From the NCBI GenBank assembly GCA_963664705.1, contig OY761556.1:3200001-3264000 (forward strand): 64,000 bases of DNA, written 5' to 3'. The notes below the pieces were generated by a model. It saw only the letters and a program-made list of their open reading frames with translations. It did not search any database and was not told the origin of the DNA. Positions 42,409 through 51,843 of the stretch are shown here, in pieces. The position numbers and the translations under genes were made by a program. The DNA comes from Acidobacteriota bacterium (GTDB lineage: Bacteria; Acidobacteriota; UBA6911). The stretch's first letter is position 1. Every line of letters starts with the position of its first letter.

Positions 42409-44149
42409 CCGCTATGTTCTTGCCTCGTGCTGCGTAGTGGATCGCTTTGATCAATGCCTCGGGCGCGCCTCCTTTGGTCACATAGACACACGCTCCGGCT
42501 TTACGAATGGCAGAGGATAGTTCCCCTTCCTCGTGCATGGACAACCCGATAATCCGAACTTCCGGAAGGCTGCGGTGTATCTCTGCGGTGGCTTCTATCC
42601 CGCTCAGTACGGGCATACTCACATCCATGACCACAACATCAGGAAGAAGCGAGCGTGTCAGGCTGATGGCCTGAGCTCCGTTCGCTGCTTCTCCAACGAT
42701 TTCAATATCCGGATCCATGCGCAGCAATCCGGCCAATCCCTGCCTGATAATGTGGTGATCATCGGCCAGCAACACCCTGATTTTGCCTGCTGCAGGAATT
42801 CTCGCTGTCGGCTCCTCGCTGAAGGCGTGCCTAATTGCAGCATCCGCGAATTGCGGAGACAGATCCGGTTTTGGCCCGACCAGGGTGAGGCGAGTCCCTT
42901 TGCCCGGAGCGGAGTGGATCTCCAGTTGCCCGCCCAGATGCTTGATGCGCTGCTGGATGCTGAACAGGCCAAACCCTTCCGATCGACCTCCTCCTTGAAG
43001 GCTTGCTGGATTGAATCCTTTCCCTTCATCGGATATTACGAGGTGGATCCGGCCTTCCGCTCCTCGAAAACCATTGATGTGCGCCTTCGTCACTTCCGAG
43101 TGCTTGGTAACATTGAATAAGGCCTCGCGCACAGCGTCGAACAGGAAAATGCGCAAATCCTCGGTTCTTGGCTCGGCCAGAGGCGCAAATTCCACATCAA
43201 TATTGAGTCCATGCTTTTCCAAAAAATGCCTTGCGAGCCACTGGAGCGCTGGCCCAAGTCCCGCATCATATAAAACCGGAGGGCTCAACTCAGCCGTCAG
43301 GGTACGTGAAGCGGCCAGCGACTGATCGAGCAGCTCACTGACGAGCCGTGCCGCGGCCGCCATGCTTTCCGTAGGCTGCCGGTTAACAAGCATGGTGGTC
43401 TGCAGTTTGGCGGCCACCAGCATCTGCTGGATATGATCGTGGAGCACTTTGGCCAGGCGCTGACGCTCGCGCTGTTCGGTCATAGTCAAATCGGATGCCA
43501 GTTCCCGCAACTGCGAAGCTAATGCCGTTGTCTCGGCCGTTCTCTCCTCGACTCGCCTTTCCAGGGTTGAATTCAATTCGCGCAGAGAATTCTCCGCGCG
43601 GACACGCTCCATGGCCACCGCAACCAGGTCGGCAATAGTACGCATGACTTCGACTTCGGCGTCGCTGAACTGAGGGCGACTTTTCGTGCCAAACGAGAGA
43701 GTCCCTATCAATCGGTCATGGGTTTTTAAAGGATGACAGCAGTATGCCTGGACACCATAGGATCGCACCAAATCGGTTCGCGTATCCAGGACATGCGATA
43801 TATCCTCCGCGATAATCCGTTCTCCGCTTTGGGCAACGCACCCGCAGACTGCAACCCCATAATCAAGCGATTCAATTCCTTTTGCCTGATTCTCTTCGAT
43901 CCCTGCATAGGCATTCAGATGCAGGCTGTTTGTACCCTCATTGGCCAAATAGTTGACAAATATCTGGCAGTCCAGGAATTGCATGGCATCATTGCAGAGT
44001 TCATTAACAACCGATTGAGGATCCGTGGATCGAAGAAGTTTTTCAGCGGTTTGTGCGAGGAGTCTGAATTTCGATTCACTCCGCTGCGGCGTCTCTTCAG
44101 CCTGTTTTCCTTGAGCAGTATCTTGACAATTCACAACAATAGCCTGCAC
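42371..44149 (-). CDS. Hybrid sensor kinase (GAF-HisKA_3-HATPase-REC, NarX/NarL type); 5' end appears frameshifted
   Basis: ERQRLAKVLHD H-box, EALFNVTKH, DEGKGF, GFGL, LLADDH..MDVSMP receiver. Confidence 0.88.
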   Translation of the reverse strand: MQAIVVNCQDTAQGKQAEETPQRSESKFRLLAQTAEKLLRSTDPQSVVNELCNDAMQFLDCQIFVNYLANEGTNSLHLNAYAGIEENQAKGIESLDYGVAVCGCVAQSGERIIAEDISHVLDTRTDLVRSYGVQAYCCHPLKTHDRLIGTLSFGTKSRPQFSDAEVEVMRTIADLVAVAMERVRAENSLRELNSTLERRVEERTAETTALASQLRELASDLTMTEQRERQRLAKVLHDHIQQMLVAAKLQTTMLVNRQPTESMAAAARLVSELLDQSLAASRTLTAELSPPVLYDAGLGPALQWLARHFLEKHGLNIDVEFAPLAEPRTEDLRIFLFDAVREALFNVTKHSEVTKAHINGFRGAEGRIHLVISDEGKGFNPASLQGGGRSEGFGLFSIQQRIKHLGGQLEIHSAPGKGTRLTLVGPKPDLSPQFADAAIRHAFSEEPTARIPAAGKIRVLLADDHHIIRQGLAGLLRMDPDIEIVGEAANGAQAISLTRSLLPDVVVMDVSMPVLSGIEATAEIHRSLPEVRIIGLSMHEEGELSSAIRKAGACVYVTKGGAPEALIKAIHYAARGKNIADSKFQIKTKSGI

Positions 44150-44486
44150 ATCGGGTTATTGAGCGGATTGGTGGCGGTTGATTTCCCGTTATTGCTTAAT
44201 GATTCCGAATTAGCAGATCCGCTCATTGGCTCTCCCGGAAGATCGCATGCAGGCCGCATCTGCCGGTATGCAGACCCGAGAAGCCGTTTATCATTCAACC
44301 GGATTGATCATCGATTGCAATATAGCCCCAAATGAGATGTTATTAATAATTATTTTTTATTCATCAGCGCGCGATTTCAAGGGGCAGCGACAACTTCCAC
44401 TGATTTTTATCCGGGTGCTTCGACAGACTAACCCTATTTCATTTGCGGTGAGTTTCTCAGCTTGCACGAAGAATGCCGCGGTGGAG

Positions 44487-44555
44487 TCAGGAGTCCACAA
44501 AAGCCAGGCATATCACAAGCAACAGCGCCAAAACTATCAGCAGATCGCCGACCAT
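44487..44555 (-). CDS. Candidate small single-TM peptide (MVGDLLIVLALLLVICLAFVDS)
   Basis: 22-codon hydrophobic ORF with AGGGA upstream; in-frame ATG also at 44591. Confidence 0.3.
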   Translation of the reverse strand: MVGDLLIVLALLLVICLAFVDS

Positions 44556-44760
44556 AATTTCCCTGCCTTGATTCTCATCCCATCCAACCATCCCTACCTA
44601 TATATGGTATACGCCCGGGGCTGCCATTGTTACATGAGCCTGGAGACACATCCCTGCCACAGATCTCTCGACGGTCTCACCATTGAGACAAACGCATCCC
44701 GAGGGAATCTAATATATTGAAGGCACTCGAGAAGAGTACCGGGAAAGTTGAGGACAGAAC

Positions 44761-45195
44761 ATGAAGACTCTAAAGATCACCGGTCTGCTGCTTGCGGTCC
44801 TGCTGATTGCATTGCCTGCCAGTGCTCACGGTCGGTTCGGAGGAAGGGTGATCGCGGGTCCAGGCTTTGGAGCCTGGAATTGGTATTACCCCTACTGGGG
44901 TTGGTATGGAGTATACGGACCGCCCTACGCGGTTTATCCTGACATTCACGCGGGATCTGGAGAGGTTAAACTAACAACAAACGTCAAAGACGCGGATGTA
45001 TTCATCAACGGAGCTTTTGCCGGAAAAGCGTCCAAGCTGAAATCAGTTTGGCTGCGTCCGGACACATATAATCTGGAAGTGCGGGCACCAGGATATGCCT
45101 CATTTTCACAGCGGGTATATGTAGTGCAAGGCAAGTCCATGCGCATCAACGCGCAATTGACGCTCGCATCGCAGCCTCAAAATCCACGAAGCTGA
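44761..45195 (+). CDS. Secreted PEGA-domain protein
   Basis: Signal peptide, Gly/Tyr/Trp-rich linker, ADVFING..G..YNLEVRAPGY. Confidence 0.85.
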   Translation: MKTLKITGLLLAVLLIALPASAHGRFGGRVIAGPGFGAWNWYYPYWGWYGVYGPPYAVYPDIHAGSGEVKLTTNVKDADVFINGAFAGKASKLKSVWLRPDTYNLEVRAPGYASFSQRVYVVQGKSMRINAQLTLASQPQNPRS

Positions 45196-45220
45196 ACCCG
45201 CTTTCGATTTCCCACTCGCG

Positions 45221-45244
45221 CCCGGGCCTCGAAAAGGGCCCGGG
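45221..45244. terminator. GC hairpin between convergent genes
   Basis: CCCGGGCC-8nt-GGCCCGGG. Confidence 0.45.
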
Positions 45245-45276
45245 AGTCCTTGCGACAATGGAACGTCGCTCGCCCT

Positions 45277-47625
45277 TTACTGAATCACCACAGGAACACG
45301 CACAAAGCGGTTTACATCGGCGATGGCATCGCGTGCATGTATCTGTAGAGTATAGGTTCCCCTCTTGAGATTTTTCAGCGGAAGAGAAATGGCGACCGTC
45401 GTTTCACCTTTGCGATCGTTCATTCCCTGCATCCCCGCCATTCCTTCTCCCGGACCACCCATTCTTCCAGGTCCGCCACCACCCGGGAAACCCATTCCAC
45501 CCGGCGGCGCCGTGCCTCGACCTCCGTTCCCTGGGCTAAAGCCGGGAGCGTTTCTCGCGCGAGTCCACTGCTGGACATACTGCGGCTGAGATTCAAGAAT
45601 CTTGGTCTTATCGCGGAGAAGTATCAGGTCCGCCTGGATGCATGGTCTCTGCGTGTCCTTGTCTTCGGCGCCACCATAGACCTGGAAATAGACGTACACG
45701 GTTTGCCCCGCTACAAACACATTGCCGATGCTCGGAACCACCTTTCTGCCCCCTGTTACAAGAGGGTCATAACCCGTAATCATTTCCTGGAATCGCCGCA
45801 TCGCTCCCTGGTGCGTTATCGTGGGATCGGACTGACGTGTATTGGCCAGCTGGTTGCCGAGCACAATGGAACTTATTTGAAAGCTCTTGAGATCAATCTT
45901 CGGAACCTCAATCGGTTGTTCAAAGCTGCCGAGTTTTCCCGTTACATTATCTCGCACCAGGAATTTCAACGTATAGGGTCCGGGGCGGAGTTGAAATCCT
46001 GTTGAGTAAAAGATGCCGCCGGCCTTGATTCGCTCGTACTTTTCGGCCGGCAACTTCAGCTGCACAATATCCCGGGCTACGCTGGAGATCTTCCCTTTTG
46101 AATCAGTGGCCTGGGCAACAAATTCGAACTTCCCTTCCCGGTTGGCACCTTTCTCTTCAAATTTCAGGCCGTCGCCATCCAGCTCGATGGAAATCGGCAC
46201 CAGCGTTGTGTCGTTATCTTTCCGGAAGTAATCCGCCTCTAAGATAAGGGGCACATCCACGAATGGCCGGTCTACGGTCATGGCCTGCGACATCTGCAGA
46301 TCTTTCTCCTGCTGCGTCAGCTGACCGAAAGCCTTTGCCGCAAAGTAGCCGGGGCGATGCTCTATCTTCAGCCCGGGCTTCACCAGTTCAACCCGTATCT
46401 TGCGGTACTTTCCATCTTCTTTTGAATTGGAGCTGAAATAGCCCAGAACATAATAGACATTCGTATCTTTCTGGACTTGAGTCAGTGCGAGGCTGAGGTC
46501 GTTGCTATCGGTGAACGCCTTTCCGCCCGTATCATGAGAAAGCGTAATCAGCGTTTCCTGCGATCCCATCAGACTTGATCTTTGCCGCCCCATGGCTCCG
46601 CCATTGAACATTGCACTTCCCGCGCTGCCCTGCGATGCGTCACCGCCCGGCGGCAGCGCAACAAGACCATGGCTGTCTACCGTATAGATCGACATGTTGG
46701 ACCGGTTTGCATTGTCCACTGTGGACCGGATCTGCGCATTGTTTTCGACGCCCGTTGTCGAAATGCCGTTGGAAAAGTAAATCAGCGATTTGCGCTCCGG
46801 GAACTCCCGATACATTTTTGCGAGCGTCTCCAGCGCCGATAGCCGACGGTCGGTATTAAAAACGTTGAATTGAACGGTGTCGGGAACAAATACATCATCG
46901 GAGCTGCTGGTATCACTCAGGTCGGCCGAGGCGCTGTCTCCCGAGTCAGTGGAGCTAATGCTTTTCAGCGTCTTGAGAACAAGATCGCGGTCATTGGTAA
47001 AGTCCTGAACCAGACTCAGCGAACTGCTATAGGTCGCAATCGCCATGAGATCCTGGGGGCCCGTCTGCTTCGCCACAAATTTGTTTGCGGCATCTACCGA
47101 CCGGATCAATTCCTCGGTGCCGAGCGAGCTCAGATCGAAAAACAAAATCATCAGTCGCTTGCCGGATAGATTTTCCTTTTTGACCGGCTGCCCCGCACTG
47201 GAACTCATATTGATGATAGCTGGGGGTTCTGCCGGCTTCTCCACTTTCGCCTCGGCCAGGGCCGGCTCTGGAGCAGATCCAATCGCCACCTTCTCGGCGG
47301 AGAAGGTAACGACATTTTGAGGTTTGCTGTCTTCGTATATCCGAAAATCCTCTCTTTTGAGATCAGGAATGAGTTTGCCCTTGCCGTCGCGCACGGTTAC
47401 ATCCACAACCACCATGGCAGCTTCGATCGAAAATGTCGGAGTTCGCTGCGGAACAGCGACCTGTTGCGGATCCGGATTGGGCTGCGAACCGGGAACGGCA
47501 TATCCGATCAGGCAGAAGATGAAGCAAAAAAAAGCTACCGATGCGGGATGCAGAATGCAGGATGCAGGAATGCCATGAACTAATTTCCTATAGGGGCTAA
47601 CCGACGCGGGTCTATTCCCATTCAT
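45277..47625 (-). CDS. Secreted VWA-domain protein (Acidobacterial VWFA-related)
   Basis: VVVDVTVRD..DLKREDFRIYED, FFDLSS, RKSLIYFS, DTGG, YYVLGY..DGKYRKI..RPGYFA. Confidence 0.88.
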   Translation of the reverse strand: MNGNRPASVSPYRKLVHGIPASCILHPASVAFFCFIFCLIGYAVPGSQPNPDPQQVAVPQRTPTFSIEAAMVVVDVTVRDGKGKLIPDLKREDFRIYEDSKPQNVVTFSAEKVAIGSAPEPALAEAKVEKPAEPPAIINMSSSAGQPVKKENLSGKRLMILFFDLSSLGTEELIRSVDAANKFVAKQTGPQDLMAIATYSSSLSLVQDFTNDRDLVLKTLKSISSTDSGDSASADLSDTSSSDDVFVPDTVQFNVFNTDRRLSALETLAKMYREFPERKSLIYFSNGISTTGVENNAQIRSTVDNANRSNMSIYTVDSHGLVALPPGGDASQGSAGSAMFNGGAMGRQRSSLMGSQETLITLSHDTGGKAFTDSNDLSLALTQVQKDTNVYYVLGYFSSNSKEDGKYRKIRVELVKPGLKIEHRPGYFAAKAFGQLTQQEKDLQMSQAMTVDRPFVDVPLILEADYFRKDNDTTLVPISIELDGDGLKFEEKGANREGKFEFVAQATDSKGKISSVARDIVQLKLPAEKYERIKAGGIFYSTGFQLRPGPYTLKFLVRDNVTGKLGSFEQPIEVPKIDLKSFQISSIVLGNQLANTRQSDPTITHQGAMRRFQEMITGYDPLVTGGRKVVPSIGNVFVAGQTVYVYFQVYGGAEDKDTQRPCIQADLILLRDKTKILESQPQYVQQWTRARNAPGFSPGNGGRGTAPPGGMGFPGGGGPGRMGGPGEGMAGMQGMNDRKGETTVAISLPLKNLKRGTYTLQIHARDAIADVNRFVRVPVVIQ
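47540..47567. repeat. Heptamer tandem (GATGCAG)x4 in the signal-peptide region
   Basis: GATGCGG GATGCAG AATGCAG GATGCAG. Confidence 0.5.
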
Positions 47626-47685
47626 CTGCCGTCTCTCCTGTCTTCCGGGTATGACCTCATCCTGAAATAAAACCGGAACTCCCGA

Positions 47686-50600
47686 TCAGAACCGAACGCG
47701 GAGGTTCATGCTCATGCTTCGCATCGCGCGCACGCTCGTCACCTGTCCGAAATTCAATGCATTTACCGTGGTACCTACGCCTCCCCAATTCGCATGATTC
47801 AGGAGATTCTGAACCTGCCAGCTGAAATCGAGGCGTCGGCCGTTCTCATCCAAGCGGAAACCTTTTCGAACCGAAAGGTTGATCATGAACGAACCGGGGC
47901 CGGTAATGGTATTTCTGCCCGCCGTGCCCAAAGAGCCGGCAGGAATCGCAAAAGCAGCAGTGTTGAAATATCGCAACCAGCTGCGTTCGCTCCGTGAAAG
48001 CGCCGGGGAAATGTTGGTGGCGTCCGCCCGCAATGCGTTATACAACGCGGATCCTGATGTGCTGCCGCTGCTGCTCGCATAGCGAGCGGTCAGGGGCGTA
48101 CCGCTTGCAAGCGACACATTCCCGTTGAAACTCCAGCCTGCGATGAAATTGAGCAATTTGGCGGAGGAGCCGGCAAAAAACATGCGGTTTTGCCCGATAG
48201 GTAATTCATAGGCAAAGTTTGACTGGAAATTGTGGCGTTGATCCTGCCCGCTCAGAGCACGCTCGGCCGAAAGATTAGCGTCATTCTGAGCTACACCGCT
48301 TGAGGTATCGTCGATGCTCTTCGCAAGCGTATATGAATTGCTGATGTTGAACCCGTGCGAAAACCGGCGGGACAGTTGGACCATCAGACCGTGATAGATG
48401 GATGAACCACCGTTGGTCTGGTAAATGAACTGGGAGGCGCTGCTGCTCCGGTTGGGCGCCCGCATGACATCCAATCCGGTTCCTTTGCTTCCGCTATAGG
48501 CAACCGTCAGGACATATAGCTTCGAAAGCTGTGACTGAATGTCCAGGTTCCACTGCTGCGCATAGGAAGCCCGGTAATGGGGGTCGACCGCAAAAGTATT
48601 CAGGATGCTCAACGACGGGTTCACAGGGAAACCGTTTTGCAGCGTCAAGGGATTGGACCGGTCCGAAGCCAGCGTCTGGCTGATCGCGAAAGGCGACTGA
48701 TTGACAAGCTGGTTTACGATGGATCCAAATCCGCCCGCATTGTAGCCAATTCCATAGCCGGCCCGGAAAACGAAAGGGGATCTGGGTTTCGGTCGCCAGG
48801 CAATCCCGATGCGGGGCGCGACATTGTTTCTGTCGGCATTGAGAATGGATCGGGAAAAGCTCAGTCCGCTCAAAGGACCTGTTTCGTCCGGAAAAACCTG
48901 CGCAATGGAGGAAAAATCAGAATTCGTATCCAGGCTTACGAGGCGATCGTACTTCTCATAACTGGGCCCGGTATATTCATAGCGCAGTCCATAATTCAGT
49001 GTGAGCCCGGAACTGATTCTCCAGTTGTCCATAATGAAGATATTCCAGGTTCGGTTCCGAAGATAGATGCTGTTGCCATGAGAATCCACGCTCGGATCGA
49101 CATACCTTCGCGAAGTTGAATAAGGCCGCCCAAGCAGGAAGTCGGCGAAATCACTGCCTGTTCCTGAAACCTGCTGTCCTTTTGCATCAAGAAGGACGGT
49201 AGCGTAGCCCGTGAAACTGAAGGTGCCGCGACCATTGGAGTCACTGTGGGAATTCCGTTGCGAGAAATTGATGTCGACGCCGGCTCGGATGGAGTGCTTG
49301 GTTCCGATCTTATTAATGCCGCCGGAAAAGCCGAACGTCTGGTTCTGAGTCAATGTGGGCGCCGCCAGTGACAGCCCTCCATAGTTTGTAAAGCCGATGG
49401 TCGGAGGCCCCCAGTTGATCGGATCCTGAGAAACACCGGCGATTCCCAGCAAACCTTCAACATTATTCTGATACGCAAAAGCATTGTTCGATTCGACGCG
49501 CGTACGATTCAGGGTCAATCTCCAGTTACCGATGAGTCGCGCCTGGAACCGGTGGGTTCCCGAGATCCCGATGTTCTGGCCTTTATTGGAACGGGTCGTA
49601 TCGAGTCCCTGGAAAGTCGCCGCACTCAGCGAGTCGCCGCGGCGCATGCTGTAATTCACACCGATATTGTCCCGGGACGAAAGGCGGATCCCGGTGATAC
49701 TTCCCTGAAACTGGTCCGAGGTCGAAGGCAGACTGCGCTCCAGTGCGTAATTATTGGTGCAAAGCCCGGTTGAACTGCAGGGCAGATTGGCCCGCGGAAC
49801 ATATTTCAACAGTTGAGCGGCAATCGGGTCGATTGCGGTGATCTTGGTGAAGCGGGTTGCGGCATCATTCGGATTCAGATAAAGCTGTACCGGCTGGATG
49901 ACCACGGATCTCTGCCCGGTGATCGCATCCACCACCGATGCCTGCGCATACGTTTGGGAAAAATCGCCCGTGCGCTCCAGGTCGGTCGGTACAGTCGTCA
50001 GTACATCCTGTGCGCCTCTATTCCGGCTTCCGCTATAGGTAAAACTCCAGCCAGGCTGGCTGTTGATGCGCATTCTGGCATTCGTGGACCCATTCTGGGT
50101 TGCGGCACTCTTGGCCTTAAACCAAGGGAGCACACCCCCCAGAGTCACGCTGAAGTTATTTTGGATCTGGACAGGCTTCGGCAGTGTCTGGCCGGTCAGG
50201 GAATAGTTGCGGGCATTGAGAGCGGAATTACTGTATGTCTCGGACAGACTCCCCTCGACTGCCGGCTGGCGGAAGTTGTTGCCGCGGCCCATCCGAGGCA
50301 TCCCCATGCCACCACCGGGACCGCCCCCAGGACCGCCACCACCCGGCCCTCCTCCAGGGCCACCACCCATCATGCCACCGGCCGGGCCGCCGCCCATACC
50401 TCCAAAGCCGCTGAAACTGGCACCGCCGCCGGAACCACCTTCTGCGCCGGGACCGAATTCCTGGATCTGAAATCCCATGGACCGCGCGGCATCCATCATC
50501 TGACCTCGAAAACCGGAATCCCCAAAGTTGCCGGAATCGAGATTGGCGGTATTCCCACTGATGAACAGCATGCTGTCCTGACGGGACGAAGCCGCCGTCG

Positions 50601-51102
50601 TGTCGCCGGCCTGGCTCGACAGATCTTCCTGAAACTGGCTGAGCCCTGGCAAGGTCGTGACCTCAGCCGTCTGGAAAACCGGCGTATCCTGCTGCGTTTG
50701 CGATTCCTGCGTTTTGGCAAATGCAGCCCGCTGCGTCTTCGGCGCAGGCGGACGAGGAAGCGATTCAAGCTGCACCGTCAGGTTCCGGCTCGTCTCAGCA
50801 GAACTGTCGATTCCGTCTTTCACAGCCTTCTGGAATCCGACCATATCAACCGTCAGCTGATAAACTCCTGCCGGCAAACCCTCGACCTTAAAAGATCCGT
50901 CCAGCTCGGTCAGTGTTTCGGCCAGCTTGCCGGAGGGAGTGGAAATCACAACTCCCGCGGCGGGGATGGGCACACCCTTGGAGTCGGCAACTTTTCCGAT
51001 AATGGAAGTCTGGACCTGCGCATTTATCGGAAGGCAGATCAGCAGGGTGTTAACAATCAGAATGGGTAGAACGATAAACCTGATAGTAGATCGTCTCATC
51101 AT
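47686..51102 (-). CDS. TonB-dependent receptor-like outer-membrane protein with carboxypeptidase-regulatory N-domain and Gly-rich linker
   Basis: GKVADSKGVPIP, NSALNARN, DNWRI..LTLNYGLRYE, APRIGIAW, C-terminal LRVRF. Confidence 0.85.
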   Translation of the reverse strand: MMRRSTIRFIVLPILIVNTLLICLPINAQVQTSIIGKVADSKGVPIPAAGVVISTPSGKLAETLTELDGSFKVEGLPAGVYQLTVDMVGFQKAVKDGIDSSAETSRNLTVQLESLPRPPAPKTQRAAFAKTQESQTQQDTPVFQTAEVTTLPGLSQFQEDLSSQAGDTTAASSRQDSMLFISGNTANLDSGNFGDSGFRGQMMDAARSMGFQIQEFGPGAEGGSGGGASFSGFGGMGGGPAGGMMGGGPGGGPGGGGPGGGPGGGMGMPRMGRGNNFRQPAVEGSLSETYSNSALNARNYSLTGQTLPKPVQIQNNFSVTLGGVLPWFKAKSAATQNGSTNARMRINSQPGWSFTYSGSRNRGAQDVLTTVPTDLERTGDFSQTYAQASVVDAITGQRSVVIQPVQLYLNPNDAATRFTKITAIDPIAAQLLKYVPRANLPCSSTGLCTNNYALERSLPSTSDQFQGSITGIRLSSRDNIGVNYSMRRGDSLSAATFQGLDTTRSNKGQNIGISGTHRFQARLIGNWRLTLNRTRVESNNAFAYQNNVEGLLGIAGVSQDPINWGPPTIGFTNYGGLSLAAPTLTQNQTFGFSGGINKIGTKHSIRAGVDINFSQRNSHSDSNGRGTFSFTGYATVLLDAKGQQVSGTGSDFADFLLGRPYSTSRRYVDPSVDSHGNSIYLRNRTWNIFIMDNWRISSGLTLNYGLRYEYTGPSYEKYDRLVSLDTNSDFSSIAQVFPDETGPLSGLSFSRSILNADRNNVAPRIGIAWRPKPRSPFVFRAGYGIGYNAGGFGSIVNQLVNQSPFAISQTLASDRSNPLTLQNGFPVNPSLSILNTFAVDPHYRASYAQQWNLDIQSQLSKLYVLTVAYSGSKGTGLDVMRAPNRSSSASQFIYQTNGGSSIYHGLMVQLSRRFSHGFNISNSYTLAKSIDDTSSGVAQNDANLSAERALSGQDQRHNFQSNFAYELPIGQNRMFFAGSSAKLLNFIAGWSFNGNVSLASGTPLTARYASSSGSTSGSALYNALRADATNISPALSRSERSWLRYFNTAAFAIPAGSLGTAGRNTITGPGSFMINLSVRKGFRLDENGRRLDFSWQVQNLLNHANWGGVGTTVNALNFGQVTSVRAMRSMSMNLRVRF

Positions 51103-51228
51103 TCTGGATATACGCGCGGGCGCGAAAAAGTTACGCGAATATACCCGATTCGGACAGGTTAACGTAGATTTAACAGGCTGAAGCCCCAAGCTTCAGGGTA
51201 ATCCGCCCGCAGAAGATGGAAGAAACTT

Positions 51229-51780
51229 CTATCTTAGAAATTTCAAAGCTACGAGGAGCGCAATCGCCACAGCAAATCCGAAGGCTGTACGGTGTTCCCG
51301 ATTGCGAACAACTCGGGACCAGCGGAAGGCGGAGGGATCTAGTCCGGATCTGCGAAATCCGGGAACAAACATTGGAACTCTATTAGAATAATCCAGGAAT
51401 TTGCTCCCGTATCCATTGTAGAGCTCCTGCTCCTCGGCTTTCATAACAGGGAAATAAAACGCAACAAAGAAAGCCAGGAATGGCAGCAGCAGCCAGTACC
51501 CCTGCCCGGCGATGATCAGTCCGAATGCCATGAAAAATGATCCCAGGTAAAGCGGATTCCGTGTGAAGGCATACGGCCCGCCCTGGGTAAGCACTCTTCC
51601 CTTTTCGATGTGTCCGGCTGCCCAGAGACGCAGGAGGGCGCCGGCGGAAGCGATTACGCCTCCAACCAGGAGGGACTGAGCCGAAGGCCCCTGTTTATAG
51701 AGAAGATACAGAAAAACGACACCCAATGCCGTTCCAACCGGCACGCGGGTTTTTTGTGCAAACTTTTTCCAGGAATGCAT
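51229..51780 (-). CDS. Isoprenylcysteine carboxyl methyltransferase/PEMT-family membrane methyltransferase
   Basis: LTQGGPYAFTRNPLYLG, EEQEL, Y..RVPMF. Confidence 0.85.
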   Translation of the reverse strand: MHSWKKFAQKTRVPVGTALGVVFLYLLYKQGPSAQSLLVGGVIASAGALLRLWAAGHIEKGRVLTQGGPYAFTRNPLYLGSFFMAFGLIIAGQGYWLLLPFLAFFVAFYFPVMKAEEQELYNGYGSKFLDYSNRVPMFVPGFRRSGLDPSAFRWSRVVRNREHRTAFGFAVAIALLVALKFLR

Positions 51781-51843
51781 AGAAAGTTAGAAATAAATCA
51801 AGTTTATGAAATCAAACAAAACCGGATTCCTATCCGAGGCGGA

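Noticed and set aside
50280-50460. GC-rich quasi-repeat (also 45420-45545)
   Set aside because: Simply encodes Gly/Pro/Met-rich linkers of the receptor and the VWA protein
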